A stretch of 64,000 bases of DNA from a virus (taxonomy: Duplodnaviria; Caudoviricetes): positions 1-64,000 of IMG/VR virus record IMGVR_UViG_3300021256_000089; one strand, given 5' to 3'. The position numbers were made by a program, and so were the translations under genes. The notes under the pieces are model-generated. The model was given only the letters and a program-made list of their open reading frames with translations, ran no database searches and had not been told where the DNA came from. Shown here one piece after another: positions 44,682 through 57,900 of the stretch (position 1 is its first letter; each line of letters opens with the position of its first letter).

Positions 44682-47600
44682 TTATGCAATGCGGAATACA
44701 GTATACCAATTTTTACGACTTGCAGAGTTTATAATATCTATTCCATATTGACCAGTTGTTTGCAACATAGATATTGATACAGTGATCTCACTTCCAGTTC
44801 CTGATATGTTGTGCGCGTATATTGATTCAGAATTAATGTTAACTACCCACAAGGAGCACGAGTTAGCAGTAGCCTTTACCATGGTGATAACCAGATAACG
44901 TCCATATGGCACCGGTATATGCGCTGGCGCATATACATCTTTATCGTCTTTTTTTGTGCTTAATGTGCCGGAAGCATATCCACCGTATAACATACCTTCA
45001 TAAATGGATGCTTTTCCGGCAGATAGGTTGGTAGTCATCAGATTTGGTACTGCGGCATAAGCACCAACAGCTTGATCTGCAATAGGCGTTACACCGCCTA
45101 AGTGCAAACTAAGCATATCGGTTAATGTTCCGGACATATTGGCCATTTTGAAGATCATAGCAGATCCGGATCTGCTTGCCGATGCTCCTTGAATGGACAG
45201 ATTCAACCTGGCCGCAACCCACGGACTGCCAGTAGATATATTCTGATATATGACAAAAGGCGAAAAATCACCCGTGTCAGTAGCGCCCATGTACAATTGA
45301 ACAGGTTCTTTAGCATTTGCCCGCAAATTAACTCTGCCTTGCGTAGTCAGCGTCTTTGGATTTTCTGAAGATAACAATCCATTGCCAATGTACCAGTTGC
45401 CAATCAGTCCAGACACAAATGAAACATTGCCATCAGCATCGACGGTAAAATTACCGCTTGTTATTTCCAATTGCCCGGTCGTCGACAGTTTGATTTTATT
45501 CGGTGTCAAAAGAATGCCGCTGGCATTGCCCAAACTATCCCAAGTTAAAGCAGAAATCTTCGTCGGTATCGCTTCTATTTTAGCATACGATGTAAGCTTT
45601 GTCGTTAAGCCGTCTGGTGTTACAAATGTATTGTCGGCCATTGCTGTAGCTGTTAGTTTACCCTTGTCATTCAACGAAAAATTAGCTTTTGTATTGCCGA
45701 TATATAATGCATTCGCTCGGATGGTCCCTGTTACCTCAGCGTCTGTTGCAGTAAGCTTACCGGTATTTGTTACCTTGAACGTATCTTGTCCGGAATTATT
45801 TTTGATCGTAATAGAACCTTTATTCATGGTAATAGTTCCATCACTTGCCGCGATAAAACTACCGTTACCAAGATTAATAGATCCTTTTGTAATAGCTAGA
45901 CCAGCTTGACTCAACAAAGCATCCGGAGTGGTACTCGTATCCGTTCCGTAAAAGCCTATCCCATCAGCACCAAACTTCGCATATACTCCAGTGTATTTCC
46001 ACGTATCTGTTGCCTGCTCATATGTTCCTTGTTGTACAGTCAGATAATTTGATCCAAAGTTAAAATGACTTCGTAAAGTTGTGTTTGTGTCTCCTTTAAA
46101 ATTTGTATAGTCTTGTTTTAAAGAACCGAAAGACACGTATGTTTCCTGTAAATCATCTGTCAGTTTCTCAAGGGATATCGTGCCAGCTTCAATTAGCACG
46201 GCCCGAATGTGTCCGGCCGTAATCAGATCTGCTGTGAAGCCTTTGCCTGTGCCGAACGTGCGCCAGCGCCAGTCGCCTTCCTCATCCTTGCTGTCCGCAA
46301 TCGCGAAGCCTGCACCTGTCAGCCGCATCGCCGAGGATCCATCCGTAGCTTCAAACATCTGAGCACCCTTATCATCTGTGTACCAGGAGCTCGATACGCT
46401 CGTAATTAGATTGCGTTCTGTGCTGATCGTATCCTCGAGCAGCTGCGCCATGATCTTTCCGGTTCTGCTGAACTGCTTCGCCCGCTCATACATCGTTTCC
46501 CTGCCTCGCGATTGATTCGCGACATCGGCAATGTAGGAAATCACATCGGAGAAGCTGTGCTGATTCATCAGCGTCAGGTTTGTGTTGATTGTTATCGACG
46601 TCTTCCACGGCTGATCATAACACTTTTTTAGCTGATCGATATAGGCCCAGCAGTTGACAGCGATTTCAGGATCAATGAGATGGATTGCATCCTGAATTCG
46701 GATGTCAGGCCACAATACTTTGGCTGTTTCTGGCGACGCGCCGTAATCTTCGTTGTCTTCGTTCGCGCCATACAGATCGAGATACGAAACAGAATACGTT
46801 GTTTCTGGCTTTGAGATGTACTCGATGTTCTCTACAGCGTCATCATACAGTTTCTGTTCGTCTTCGTCTACGTAGTCGTTTTTCTGCCAGTAGCCCTCGC
46901 GGAAGATGTCGCCAAGTTTCAATGCGAGATTCGTTTCCATCTCTTTCATTTGATCCTGCATCCGCGTGAGATATGGAAGATCAGAAAGGTATACGAGTTC
47001 AGCATAGTCCGCGAATTGATCCATCATCGGGACAAGACCTTTATATACCCCTTCGCCCGTCATCTTAGGAAGGATCGTGTATGTAATATTCTGCCCCGTT
47101 TTAGACGAAAGAGTAATCGTATTTTTTGTTGTCACAGGACGAATCGTAATCTTGTCGCGTAGAGATTTCAGACACGTAATGCGGATATACGATGATCCCG
47201 GTGTAAACGATCCATCGTTCCCTATTGCAACTCTTGTACCACTCGTCGAATCAACATTGCTGTACTTGTAGATTCGAATTCGTGTTTCGTCAGACGATGA
47301 ACTGACATTGAACGCGCTTGATGTAATTAGATATTTTTGAGTGTCTGCAACTGTCAACATCGTGCTTGTCAGATATTGGACGGCCGGTTCTTCAGCGCCA
47401 GTATCGTCATTTAATCCGCCTTTTTTGACAGTTATCTTATTGTCATGTGGATCAAAAATGATCACAGGCGGCTGAGCCATAGAACCAACAAGAATTTTTC
47501 CTTGAACGATTCGCTGTGGATTCAATTCTTCGTAAATCTTAATATTCTTTTGTTTGAGATCGACCTGCTTCAGGCGCAACGAAGAACAGTTTGCCGGGAT

Positions 47601-50585
47601 CGAAAGATCCTTGTTTTTTGAATTCGCATCAATGTCTTCCTTTTTGAGAAATTTACCCTTTGAGTTATAGTAGAAGACTGTTACAGCCGGTATGTTTGTT
47701 TCTGTACCGAGATAACTGTATTTATACTTTTTGTGATCACGATGCCTGGGTGGCAACTTAATGTTTGAAGTTCGCTTATAAGCAAGATCATTGTCAGCAA
47801 GTGTACCATTGCTTGTCAGCTTTTGATCCATATAGTCGCCGACATTCATTAGGTTGGAAGGATGATAGAAGACATCATCCTGATCACGAGTCAATACAGA
47901 GTACGAGTCTACGTCAACCCATTTGGCGTCTTCTCCGGATTGATATGTTTGCTCGCGTATATAACCCGCGTATGGTCCACCAGTATCATACGCCAAACGA
48001 TTACCAGCTTCGACAGGTTCTTTCAGTGTAAATGTCCAGTACCTGCCATAATCTGTTTCGAACGCGTAATTGCCGGCATCGAGAGTTGAAGATGGCGCAT
48101 ATGTGTATGTCTGATACTGTCCTTTTAATGTTTGTTCCAACGTGTAACATGCGGAGATTACACGGCCGAAATACTGTATAATAGCCGATTGAGATGTCTC
48201 ATCCTCGATCTTTACAAAAGCACCTCCGCCACGTTTACGATATAAGACAGGTGCCTTCGTGTCAAGACCAAGCTCATTGTATGCTGGCGTGTACCAATAA
48301 GCGTCTGCTTCTGGTACAGGTCTCGTGTTGTTTCCTGGTTGGATATATACTGGATACCAATTGGTATCTTTCTCGGTACCCCATTTCGCTGTATCTCCCC
48401 AGCAAAAATAGAGTTTGCTTGGTCTTCCATCTGCATTGTATTTCCACCACCAACCCCAGAATCCAGGACCGATGACGTTCTTTAGGGACGGTGGATACAT
48501 GCTGCAATATAACCGGTGATCAATTGTCGAGCCGTCGTCTTCTCCTGTTTTGGTGCCTTTGCACGCTGCTTCAAGTTCAGATTCCAGTGCGCCGATGTAA
48601 CCGTTGACGCTGTTTGCTTCGAATAAATAATACTTGTTGTTTTCATTGTTGACCGCGTGTGCATTTCTGGAATATACATCTTCCCATTTTAACCACAGCG
48701 TAATAGTTGTTTGTTGCGTCGCGTCATTATGACCGATATCTTTCAGATAACTCTTGTCCCAAGAGCTGTCGTCGCGCAGAATATACACAACAGAAGCGGC
48801 AGGCTCCTGCGGCGTACCATCAGGTTTCAGGCTCGGTGCCACATGAATCAGATCATGATACCAGTCAAGATCTGATTTCTTGTTCTCGTACTCAACAGTC
48901 TCACCCATCACCTGCGCACTTGTTGTTTTCTTTTCTTTGTACCAGGCGTATTTGCGCACAATGCTATCGGGGATTACCTGAAAAGTATTCACTTGATCGA
49001 ACGTGGGATCATCAAAGGTATATGCGACATAGTCTCCGGATTTATGATAGACACCATCCGGCAGCCTGCAGTATTTCAGAGTTGAACCAATCAGCCCGCT
49101 GAGCTCTGTAAGATCTGTGTTGTATGTTTCGCTTGCCTGAGCAATACGCCTAAGCAGCTCGGGAGCCCCACGCTGAAACTGTGCGATTGTTTGCAGCATA
49201 TCGTCAGTCAGCAAATCAACGCTTGAATAGTAATCAAAGTCCATTAGATAAGAGAACTCGTTGCGCGCTTCTTTGATGTTTGATTTGTGCTCGTTGTCGC
49301 CTGTACCATATACACCGAGATCGACCGCATGATCGGTCTTTGCTTCGCGGTATACGGGATAAGCAAGATAATTGATCTCGTCCCACACATAGGATCTGGA
49401 AGCCGGGTCAAGTGTAGACCACACGAGATAATTATCTTGAGGCTGCGAAGATGGAGCCTCAGGATTCTGAATGATGTATGTATTGCCCTCGTAATCGCCG
49501 GTCATTAAACCAAGATCTTTAACTTCAGCAGCCGTATTCTTGGCAGATGTAGCATATGGCCGCACAAACTGGAAGTAATAAGTCGTTGCAATCCCATCAT
49601 CACCTTTGACCGTGAACTTGCATTCTGTCCAGTTCGGGAACACGCTGCATGTGGTTGCGTTAGATCCTTTATCTGTCAGCCAGTATTCTTTATGGATGCA
49701 CTCGTCAATGCCGCAGTATCCAGTAGCCGTGTCGCCCCACGAACCATACGCGTACAGCTTTGTCACAATGTTTTCTGTGTTCATTGTACGGGTCACGTTG
49801 CTGACGTTCTGTCCATAATGCAGTTCAATAACTTTGCTGCCCTGCCGGTTCTCTTCCTTACCGGCATGGCCATCAGGCAGAAAGATCGATGGCAGCTCAC
49901 CATCCGTCGATACGGAGAACGGGTTCATCGGGATGATGTCTACAGTTCGCGTATCGCCGTGAAACACAGGCTTTGCGTCAAACAAATCACACATCTGCGT
50001 AATCAGTTTAAAAGCGCCGGTTTTGGCCGACGCTCTGAGTGTGCGCATCTTCTCTTTCTTGCGCGTCTTCGTAACACCGTTTTCAACGTATGTTTCATAT
50101 TGATCTTTTTCAACAAAGCGATACACGTCGCCAGGTGTCCAGGTGGTACCATTCAGGATTTCTGTTAGTAAATCGTATGCGGTGCCGACATTGTTGCCAT
50201 CAGCATCCGTAAACTCAAGACCCATGTTTTTTGTTTTTAGCAGCTGACTGATATGTCCGGCTATCACAGACACATTCTTGCTTCGATTGACGTGCGTTAC
50301 CTTTGGTTCTGAAATAAGATACCAGTCTACACCGTCATCGTCAAGCAGCCGAATCATATAATCGGCCTTCATGTAATCGAGCCGGAAGTTCGGCTGCTGC
50401 CCGTCTTCTGTCTCACAGGTTGTAGGCAAGTCAAAGGTCAGTACCTTCCAGCCGTTGCGCTCCGTCGTGACAAGCACGTTGCTTGCCTGCCCAGAAGATT
50501 CGACCGCGTTATCATACAGCGTGCACAGCTTGTGCTTTGCGTAATCGAATACATCCAGGACTAAATTCCTTTTATACCTTAACAT
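44682..50585 (-). CDS. Tal / tail spike (prophage-tail endopeptidase-type N-terminus, long variable insert, fibre-like C-terminus)
   Basis: Follows Dit; YGQNVSNVTRT...TKLYAYG; AMRLTGAG.AIA.SKD..G.W.WRTFGTG.GF.AD.I.AG. Confidence 0.85.
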   Translation of the reverse strand: MLRYKRNLVLDVFDYAKHKLCTLYDNAVESSGQASNVLVTTERNGWKVLTFDLPTTCETEDGQQPNFRLDYMKADYMIRLLDDDGVDWYLISEPKVTHVNRSKNVSVIAGHISQLLKTKNMGLEFTDADGNNVGTAYDLLTEILNGTTWTPGDVYRFVEKDQYETYVENGVTKTRKKEKMRTLRASAKTGAFKLITQMCDLFDAKPVFHGDTRTVDIIPMNPFSVSTDGELPSIFLPDGHAGKEENRQGSKVIELHYGQNVSNVTRTMNTENIVTKLYAYGSWGDTATGYCGIDECIHKEYWLTDKGSNATTCSVFPNWTECKFTVKGDDGIATTYYFQFVRPYATSAKNTAAEVKDLGLMTGDYEGNTYIIQNPEAPSSQPQDNYLVWSTLDPASRSYVWDEINYLAYPVYREAKTDHAVDLGVYGTGDNEHKSNIKEARNEFSYLMDFDYYSSVDLLTDDMLQTIAQFQRGAPELLRRIAQASETYNTDLTELSGLIGSTLKYCRLPDGVYHKSGDYVAYTFDDPTFDQVNTFQVIPDSIVRKYAWYKEKKTTSAQVMGETVEYENKKSDLDWYHDLIHVAPSLKPDGTPQEPAASVVYILRDDSSWDKSYLKDIGHNDATQQTTITLWLKWEDVYSRNAHAVNNENNKYYLFEANSVNGYIGALESELEAACKGTKTGEDDGSTIDHRLYCSMYPPSLKNVIGPGFWGWWWKYNADGRPSKLYFCWGDTAKWGTEKDTNWYPVYIQPGNNTRPVPEADAYWYTPAYNELGLDTKAPVLYRKRGGGAFVKIEDETSQSAIIQYFGRVISACYTLEQTLKGQYQTYTYAPSSTLDAGNYAFETDYGRYWTFTLKEPVEAGNRLAYDTGGPYAGYIREQTYQSGEDAKWVDVDSYSVLTRDQDDVFYHPSNLMNVGDYMDQKLTSNGTLADNDLAYKRTSNIKLPPRHRDHKKYKYSYLGTETNIPAVTVFYYNSKGKFLKKEDIDANSKNKDLSIPANCSSLRLKQVDLKQKNIKIYEELNPQRIVQGKILVGSMAQPPVIIFDPHDNKITVKKGGLNDDTGAEEPAVQYLTSTMLTVADTQKYLITSSAFNVSSSSDETRIRIYKYSNVDSTSGTRVAIGNDGSFTPGSSYIRITCLKSLRDKITIRPVTTKNTITLSSKTGQNITYTILPKMTGEGVYKGLVPMMDQFADYAELVYLSDLPYLTRMQDQMKEMETNLALKLGDIFREGYWQKNDYVDEDEQKLYDDAVENIEYISKPETTYSVSYLDLYGANEDNEDYGASPETAKVLWPDIRIQDAIHLIDPEIAVNCWAYIDQLKKCYDQPWKTSITINTNLTLMNQHSFSDVISYIADVANQSRGRETMYERAKQFSRTGKIMAQLLEDTISTERNLITSVSSSWYTDDKGAQMFEATDGSSAMRLTGAGFAIADSKDEEGDWRWRTFGTGKGFTADLITAGHIRAVLIEAGTISLEKLTDDLQETYVSFGSLKQDYTNFKGDTNTTLRSHFNFGSNYLTVQQGTYEQATDTWKYTGVYAKFGADGIGFYGTDTSTTPDALLSQAGLAITKGSINLGNGSFIAASDGTITMNKGSITIKNNSGQDTFKVTNTGKLTATDAEVTGTIRANALYIGNTKANFSLNDKGKLTATAMADNTFVTPDGLTTKLTSYAKIEAIPTKISALTWDSLGNASGILLTPNKIKLSTTGQLEITSGNFTVDADGNVSFVSGLIGNWYIGNGLLSSENPKTLTTQGRVNLRANAKEPVQLYMGATDTGDFSPFVIYQNISTGSPWVAARLNLSIQGASASRSGSAMIFKMANMSGTLTDMLSLHLGGVTPIADQAVGAYAAVPNLMTTNLSAGKASIYEGMLYGGYASGTLSTKKDDKDVYAPAHIPVPYGRYLVITMVKATANSCSLWVVNINSESIYAHNISGTGSEITVSISMLQTTGQYGIDIINSASRKNWYTVFRIA

Positions 50586-50598
50586 GCCCATCCTCCTT

Positions 50599-51849
50599 TT
50601 ACGGGAACGTAGGCTTGAAGACAAACCGCATCCTGTGCAGATTCATGTCTCCGTCGTTTCCTTTTTGAATACTGATTTCATTTGCCTTGATGATCATCCA
50701 ATTATCTAATTTGATATCGCCGGATATCGCAGGCGAATGCTCACTTGGTTCACACCAGATCGAATAACCACTGACGCTTGCAATTTTCCACATATGCCCG
50801 GTGTCCTCATCATACACCCAGTATCCTGCCGGTTTGTAAGGCAGATGTAAATCATATTGATCAGAAATCGTAAATGAATTATGTCCGGGTGTTTCGTTAC
50901 CTTGCAGCTGCACATCACCGTTGCTTCTGAATAATGGCACGCCAGCCGGCTCCAGATAGATAAAGCCGTAATCGTGATACACGTAATCGAGCGTAACATT
51001 TGAATCACTGCCATGACGTGACACACGTCCGTTTAGAGCATCGCATTGAATGTACTGGCTCTTATCACTAACGCCGCCAATGAAGCGGCAGACTTCAGAA
51101 TTCGTGTGATTTGTAATCGTCAGTCCTTTGTTAAAAGTGCCACCGACTTCGACACATACGGCAGCACGTTCCGTCCCTGGATTGATGACCGGGAACTTGA
51201 TCAAATTGCTTGTCATACTATCCGCACCGCGAAGGAAATCATACACCACCTGATTGCCGGATGAGATTCGCCTGGCGTTTTGCGCCAGGTCATCGTTTGC
51301 ATCTACAACATAACCCATCGCAGAATTGGCGCGCATATCAGCAATCACACGGTTCTTTTCTGCAATATCTTCTCGTTGTGTTTCGCTGAGCGGTTGATTT
51401 TCCTCGTCGATCACATCTTCGTGATCTGTATAATACTGATCGCTTCTTGCAAAAGGATAGTAAGCACGCATCTGGATCACAACAATACCATTCTCACGGT
51501 TTGTCAGCCCGCTTGCGTTAACGCTTACAACGGTCGCCGTGTACCACAGCCATGGGCGCTTAGCGAATACAAGCCGTCCAGTCTTCCCACGATGGAACAG
51601 CCAGTCAATCTTTGACATGACGCCGTCAAGTACCGGAGATTCCTCAAAGATGCACCGTAGTGTAAAGTCTTTCGGTTGCATCGTATTGCCGTAATAGTAG
51701 CCGCCGTCATGGGCGTCGAAAGCCTGCTCATGCAGCTTATATGCCGCAGGCTTGTATACGTAAATGTTGGATATTTCTGGCGCATAGGTCAGGCCGATGT
51801 CGGCGATGTCAACACCGTCAAAACTGAAGCCGCCTTTGATTACTGCCAT
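50599..51849 (-). CDS. Distal tail protein (Dit), with probable insertion
   Basis: GFSFDG..DIG, KDFTL, GRLVF...WYTATV, YYPFA; between TMP and Tal. Confidence 0.85.
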   Translation of the reverse strand: MAVIKGGFSFDGVDIADIGLTYAPEISNIYVYKPAAYKLHEQAFDAHDGGYYYGNTMQPKDFTLRCIFEESPVLDGVMSKIDWLFHRGKTGRLVFAKRPWLWYTATVVSVNASGLTNRENGIVVIQMRAYYPFARSDQYYTDHEDVIDEENQPLSETQREDIAEKNRVIADMRANSAMGYVVDANDDLAQNARRISSGNQVVYDFLRGADSMTSNLIKFPVINPGTERAAVCVEVGGTFNKGLTITNHTNSEVCRFIGGVSDKSQYIQCDALNGRVSRHGSDSNVTLDYVYHDYGFIYLEPAGVPLFRSNGDVQLQGNETPGHNSFTISDQYDLHLPYKPAGYWVYDEDTGHMWKIASVSGYSIWCEPSEHSPAISGDIKLDNWMIIKANEISIQKGNDGDMNLHRMRFVFKPTFP

Positions 51850-51974
51850 TCCGACACCTCCTTCATTCCTTCACAGAAATAAAATGGAGGGCAGTTTTCC
51901 GACTTGCCCAGGTCGCTAAAACCTTTAAATCCTTTTCCTTATTCCATTACGTGGCATTTCGAAACTGATACTTT

Positions 51975-54900
51975 TTAAGAGCTGAAAGCAAAGTTGGCTG
52001 TTTGCAATCCTTGCTTGCTGAGCTCACGCACGAACTCCTCGCCGACCTTGCGGGCAACCTCTTCGTAGTCCGCATCTTCTTTCAGTTCCGCTTCATTGAT
52101 CTCAATGTTCAGCTTTTCAACCGTAAACCCGCTTACGTCACTGAACATGCTGTCAGAGATCATCGAGCTGAACGAAGGTACGCGAATCGTCGAGAACGCG
52201 TCGAGGAATGCACGCATTGCAGCCGTGTCTTCCGCACTAAGGAAGGCTTCGGGCTTTGTCTTCGAGCCGTCAACCCAAGCCGGACCGGTAAAGTCTACAA
52301 GGCCGCCTTGCGCATACGCTTTCTCGACCTTGCCATATTTAACCTTGTCGCCAACATGTTTGCGATCCATCGCTTGCTCTTCTGCAAGTTGTTTCGCTGC
52401 AAGTTTCGCATATTTCTTCGTGTAAAAAGCATCGCCCTCAGCAACGCCGGAGGCTCTTACACTGCCGTTCTTTTTGATGACTTCCCAGGAACGCTTGAAT
52501 TTATACTTTGGCTCATCATCAATTTCGTCTCCGTCGTGTTCCCCGGCATGTTCCTCAGAGACAAGCGCAGCGCCGCCAAGCTTTGCCGTACTCCACAAAC
52601 TCCAGGCTTCATTCCACTGCTCACGCAGCTGACGCTTCCTGTCGTTGCTTGCAGTACGGTACTCTTCGCTGTCCATCATGAAATCCATGAAACTCTCACG
52701 GTCTGTCATCACTGCCGCAACCTGATTCCAGTAATCACGCCAGTATTGATCCGTAAGCCCCTTCATTTCATCATACATGTCGCCCCAGTTCTGCACCATC
52801 AGCTCCTGCTGTTCCTTTGTGCTGTCAGCATATGTCTTATCGTTTTCCTTCAGCCACTCGATTAAATCTTCGCGGCTCTTCTTCAGCACATCATTCAGCT
52901 CGGTTGTGAAGTTGTTATTATCCTCGAGATAATTGTCGAGCCATTCCTGATACTGATCCGTATACAGATCATAGCCCATGATACGTTCGTCGAGGTCGGC
53001 TTTCTGTGCATCTGCTTCCTGATCAGCAATCTTCCAAGCGATTTCGTCCTGCAGCTTCGCAATCTTGTCACGCAGCTCTGCGGCTTCCCTTGTGCGGGAA
53101 CTGTCCATCTCAACACGGCTGAGCTGTGCCTGCAGGTTCGCAAGCTCTTCATACTTGCTTGCCTCGCTCGCAGCGTTCTTCCTCGCGTTCAGCCGCTCAT
53201 CGATCAGGCTCTTCTCCTGTTCGAGCGCGGCTTTCTTGTTGTCAATGTCCTGCTTCAGCAGATCCCACTCATCACGATAACGCTGCTTGATCAGATCAAG
53301 GATTGTGTTCTCCATGTCGACCGTGCCTTGCAGCCGCTGCCTGCGGAGCTCCTCACGGTTGTCAAGCTCGGCAGAGATCATATCCTGAATATCAACCTTG
53401 TATTGCCTGATCTGTTTGCGGTTCTCCTTCATCTGTTCGAGGTTATCGTGGATTGCCTGCGTATGCTCCTGGATCGCTTCTTCAGCGGCCTGGATTGCAT
53501 CGCGCAGCGCGTACCAATCGTCAGAGCCCTGCTCGGTAGCGGCCATCTCATCCCGCAGCGCAGAGATATTATCTCGCTGATTCTTAATCTGTCTACGGCG
53601 CTCCTCGTTTTCCTGCTTGATCAACGTGTTCTCATTTGTCAGTTCGCCAGCATTCTTGTAACGCGTACGACGATACTGAATCATTTTCAGCATGTGATCG
53701 TCCACGGATGCGGAATGTTTCTGACTCTCGATCAGCTGCTGTGCGTGGCTCTTGCCACCACCGCCACCACCTCTCGGAGGACGCGTTCCCTGATTGCCAG
53801 AACCAAGTTCATCAAGAATCCAATCGAAGCCTGTAGTGTTGCCATCACCATCCTTAAGCTCTTCAAAATGGCCTTTAATATGCATCGCTTCGAGAATTGC
53901 ATTTAATGCTTGAATTGTATTAGCCGCATCTGCGCCAATTGTTTCAATCAACCCTGCATCATTCCAGTTTACATTGCCATCGGCCACCGTAATAGCAGGC
54001 GCAAATGTATCAAACTGTCCCTGGAGTTCAGAGTTTAAAAGAGCAGCGATTTGATTACCATAATCTTCGACAGAAATCTTGTCAGCCTCATAAGATTGCT
54101 TAAGTGCATCGTCAATGCCGGTCGTGATTTTCTGATCTTTGCCGTATTGTTTTATTTGTTCGGTGTCGAATCCAGTGATCTGCGCTATTTGATCCATCGT
54201 TGTTTTATCGCGTTTGCCAGCTTTAAACTGTTCTCTGTAATATTGTCTGTACGACAAATTATTCAGTGCATTTCTCATATCGGTGAGAGCTTTTGCAGAT
54301 TCAACGGCATCTCCCTGAACATTCTTTAAATAATTGAGAACCTCATCGCCCCTGGACCCAAACATGGATTTCGCTGCTTCTTGCGCTTCACGCATTGACT
54401 GTGCTAATTTCTTCCAATCTTCAGCCGTAACAAGAGCACCTTCACCAAGCTTTGCGAGAATTTCACTTCCTCCATCAAAGCTTTCGAGTGCTGTTTTAAA
54501 TACGTCAAACGATACAGCATCTCCGCTGAGCCGTTGGTACTCGGCAAGCATACCCGCCTGGTCGTTGCTTTGCAGCGCAGACATGAACGTTGCTCCGATG
54601 CCACCTTCTCCAGTAAGGATTGCCTGGTTCAAATCGTAGCCGTAACCCTTTTGTCCAAGCTGATAGTTCTGTAACATTTGCTGGAAGATCGGCCAGTCAA
54701 GCGTGCCTTCGGATGTAGCCTGAAGCGCGCTGTACAGTTCTTTCGGGAGCACCTTCGACATATTATCGCGGGACCAGGTGACACCAAGTGTGCTGCTGAT
54801 GCCGCTCATGAATTCCTGGAACCCGGTTGCGCCGTTTGCAACATTCAGCAAATCGAGACGTTTGCCGGATAAATCAGGATTTTCCTGAACATACTCTGTC

Positions 54901-57900
54901 CACAGACCTGCGAATATATCCTCTGGAGACTGGTAATACTGTTTGCCGTTATACATAATATCTGCAGCAGTATATCCAAGATGCCACCCATTACGCTTGG
55001 CTTCATCTGGTACACTGTCACCTCGGATATAAGACAATGCTTGATCTAAATTTTCAAACGGTATTCCGTCAACACTAAAAGGCAATGCTTCCGGATTGTC
55101 CGTTCTTAGTAAAGATAATCGATTCGCTTCGGTAGATGTTGCAAAACGTATTTTTTCTTCTGTTTGTGCGGCGATATAATCAATATATCGTTGTCTTTGA
55201 TCTTTAGTCATCTGGCTAAAAGAAAGTCCGCTCTCCAAGCCAGCGTCAGCCGAATAGGTCTCTGAATTCGTTAACATGTTGCTAATAGAATTATCCAATG
55301 CAGTTTTGAGATTCTCATCTGAGACGTAAGCAGAAGAAAGTCCTTTGTTGCTCATCAAACCATACACGCGTTCGGACACGTAACCAGACCAATCTGTCAA
55401 CAACGATTCCACTAATTGATATAACCAGCCGTTTTCCCCAGCTGACTCTATTAATCCATCGTAAATTAATGAGATTACATCGTCAGATAAAGAAGTGTTA
55501 TATGATTGTATTAGCGTAATGAAGTCTCCTGATGTCAGCGATTGATTAGACAAAGCGTGATCTAATTCTTGATTGCCAGTTGATACACCCGACAATCTTG
55601 TTCTGAGATCTTCTGCATTCCTGTCGTAGAAAACTTTTAAAACATTTTGCATTGATTCATTGTCGGCTAACGTGCGCATATTAGACCGTTTCCAGCTAAC
55701 ATCTGAATTCATGTTTGTATTCACAATAAATGCCTTATACAATTCAGGGAACTGCTTACTCAAAGTAGAAGCATCTACTTGATTATCTTTGATTGTTTGT
55801 AAAAGTCCTACAGGAATCGACTTTTGTAAATCGTTGAAAGTGTTTAACGGTGTTAACGTGCTTTCGATAAATGAAAGCATCTCCGTTGACCATTTCTTTC
55901 GACTGTGTTCGCGGGCTGCATTATAATCAGCAAAGCTCATGTTGCCAGCCTCAAAAGCATTTTGCCATAAATTCAAAGTATCTTTCATATTCTGCACATC
56001 TTCCCGCGAAAAATCAGGAAAATTATTTATATTAGCCTCAAGAAAAGATAATAGTTCATCAACATCTAACGATGAAACATCTTGCCAATCTTCCGATATT
56101 TCGGGACCGTTTTCACCTTCAATGGCATACGATGCCAATCGGACGAGCGCACTAGGCAGTCCATCTTCACCAACCGAGTTCACGTTGGCAATATTCAGCA
56201 TATTATGCGCACGTTTATATTCATCACTATTCTGCAGATTTAACATTTGCAACACGTTGTCATATAGCTGCTGTTCTTCTGCTGGTGTTAATTTGTCTTT
56301 ACTGTACGTCACATATCGATTCCAGTATTGATCTATAGCCGACTGTCCTGTTGTTTGTTCCAACAGATCAGCGAGATTGTCCATCGTAACTCCAATACTG
56401 TGTGCATCTTGCCATTGTTTTTCATATGCTTCTGCAGAACTTTGGCGCGTTGCTTCATATTGTAATGTAGCAAGGGTTTGTCTTGTGGTGTCGGTTCGTG
56501 CAACAATCCCGTTCAAAGAATCCTGAGCTCCGTTAACGATCTCTGCCCAACGCTCAAGTTTGTCCGAAGTTGAGTCAATTTCTTTTCCTAATTCGGGGAA
56601 CAAACCTGTTAATTGTGCCAGATTGTTGTTGAATTGAATCTTATCGGCATAAGCCATATTCTCGCCAAGTCGCTGATAAGATTCACCAAGTCTTTTGGTA
56701 TCATCAATCAATTGCTGATAACGATTGTTGCGATCGTCGGTATCATGCACATAAGCTTCGAGTGTCTGTTGTTCCATCATCCCTGGTTTTTGCTTCGCTT
56801 GTGCATTTCCTATTCCACTTGCCACACCAAGACCGATTGTTCCAAGCAGCAACGTACCTCCGACAACAGCTCCGGCAACGTCTCCGGTCAGCACTTTGAT
56901 GACAGTCGTCAATGCAGCGACTGCGCCTGTGATAGCTACAATTGTCGTAACAACATTGCCGCCATTTTCCGTAATCAGTCGTAAACCATTCACGAATCCG
57001 GTTATCGCGTCAACGATACCTTTGATTGCTCCGCTCTTAACAAGATTCTCAACCAGCCCGTCAAATGTACTCTTCAGCTCGTTGATTGACGCCTGCAAGC
57101 TCTTTGCCGCAATCTCATACTTACTCTCCGTGATGCCTTCGCTGTCCTCAGACAACCCGAGATACTTTGCGAAAGTTTCACCGTTGTCTTCGGCCATGCC
57201 CTCCATCAGCGTAGAGAACATATTGCCTGCACGCACGCCGGCAACACTTGTCGTAATGTTCGCACGCTGCACGTCGCTCATGTCGCCCCAGTTCCTGGCA
57301 ATGTCATACATGATTTCCGTAGGCGAACGGAACGTATTCTGATCAGACCGCAGATCGATACCTGCAAGACGCAGCGCGGTTTCAATTGTAGACAGATCCG
57401 TCGTGTCACCGTTCTTGTCGGAGACATAGCCAGTAGACTGCACCTGCCGCAGACGGCTGAACAGGGTATTCAGAGCCGTACCAACCTGCGTGCCAGACAG
57501 CTGCGTTGTCGAAGTCATGACCGTGATCATGCTCGTCAGTTCGCCGTAACTGACACCGGCAACCTTTGCGGCAGCCGCGCACTTCTGCATTGCTTTACCG
57601 ATCTCGACAGCCGTTGTGGCTGCGCTGTCGCCGAGAGCGGTAAGAGCGTCCATTGCTTCTTCGGCACTTTCAACAAGACCGTTCTGTAAAGCGGTCGTAA
57701 TGATCTTTGTGGCATCCTGAACTTTAGACCCGGTAACCGTAGCGAATTTAATGATCGCCTCGGAGCGGTCAGCAACTTCGGTATCACTCAGACCCTGGCG
57801 GTACAGAGCAGCCTCAACTTGACTGACATTGCCGACGCTTGTACGCAGATTGATCGCACGGTCGATCGTGCTGCTGCGGATATCCTGCATCTGCTCGTCA

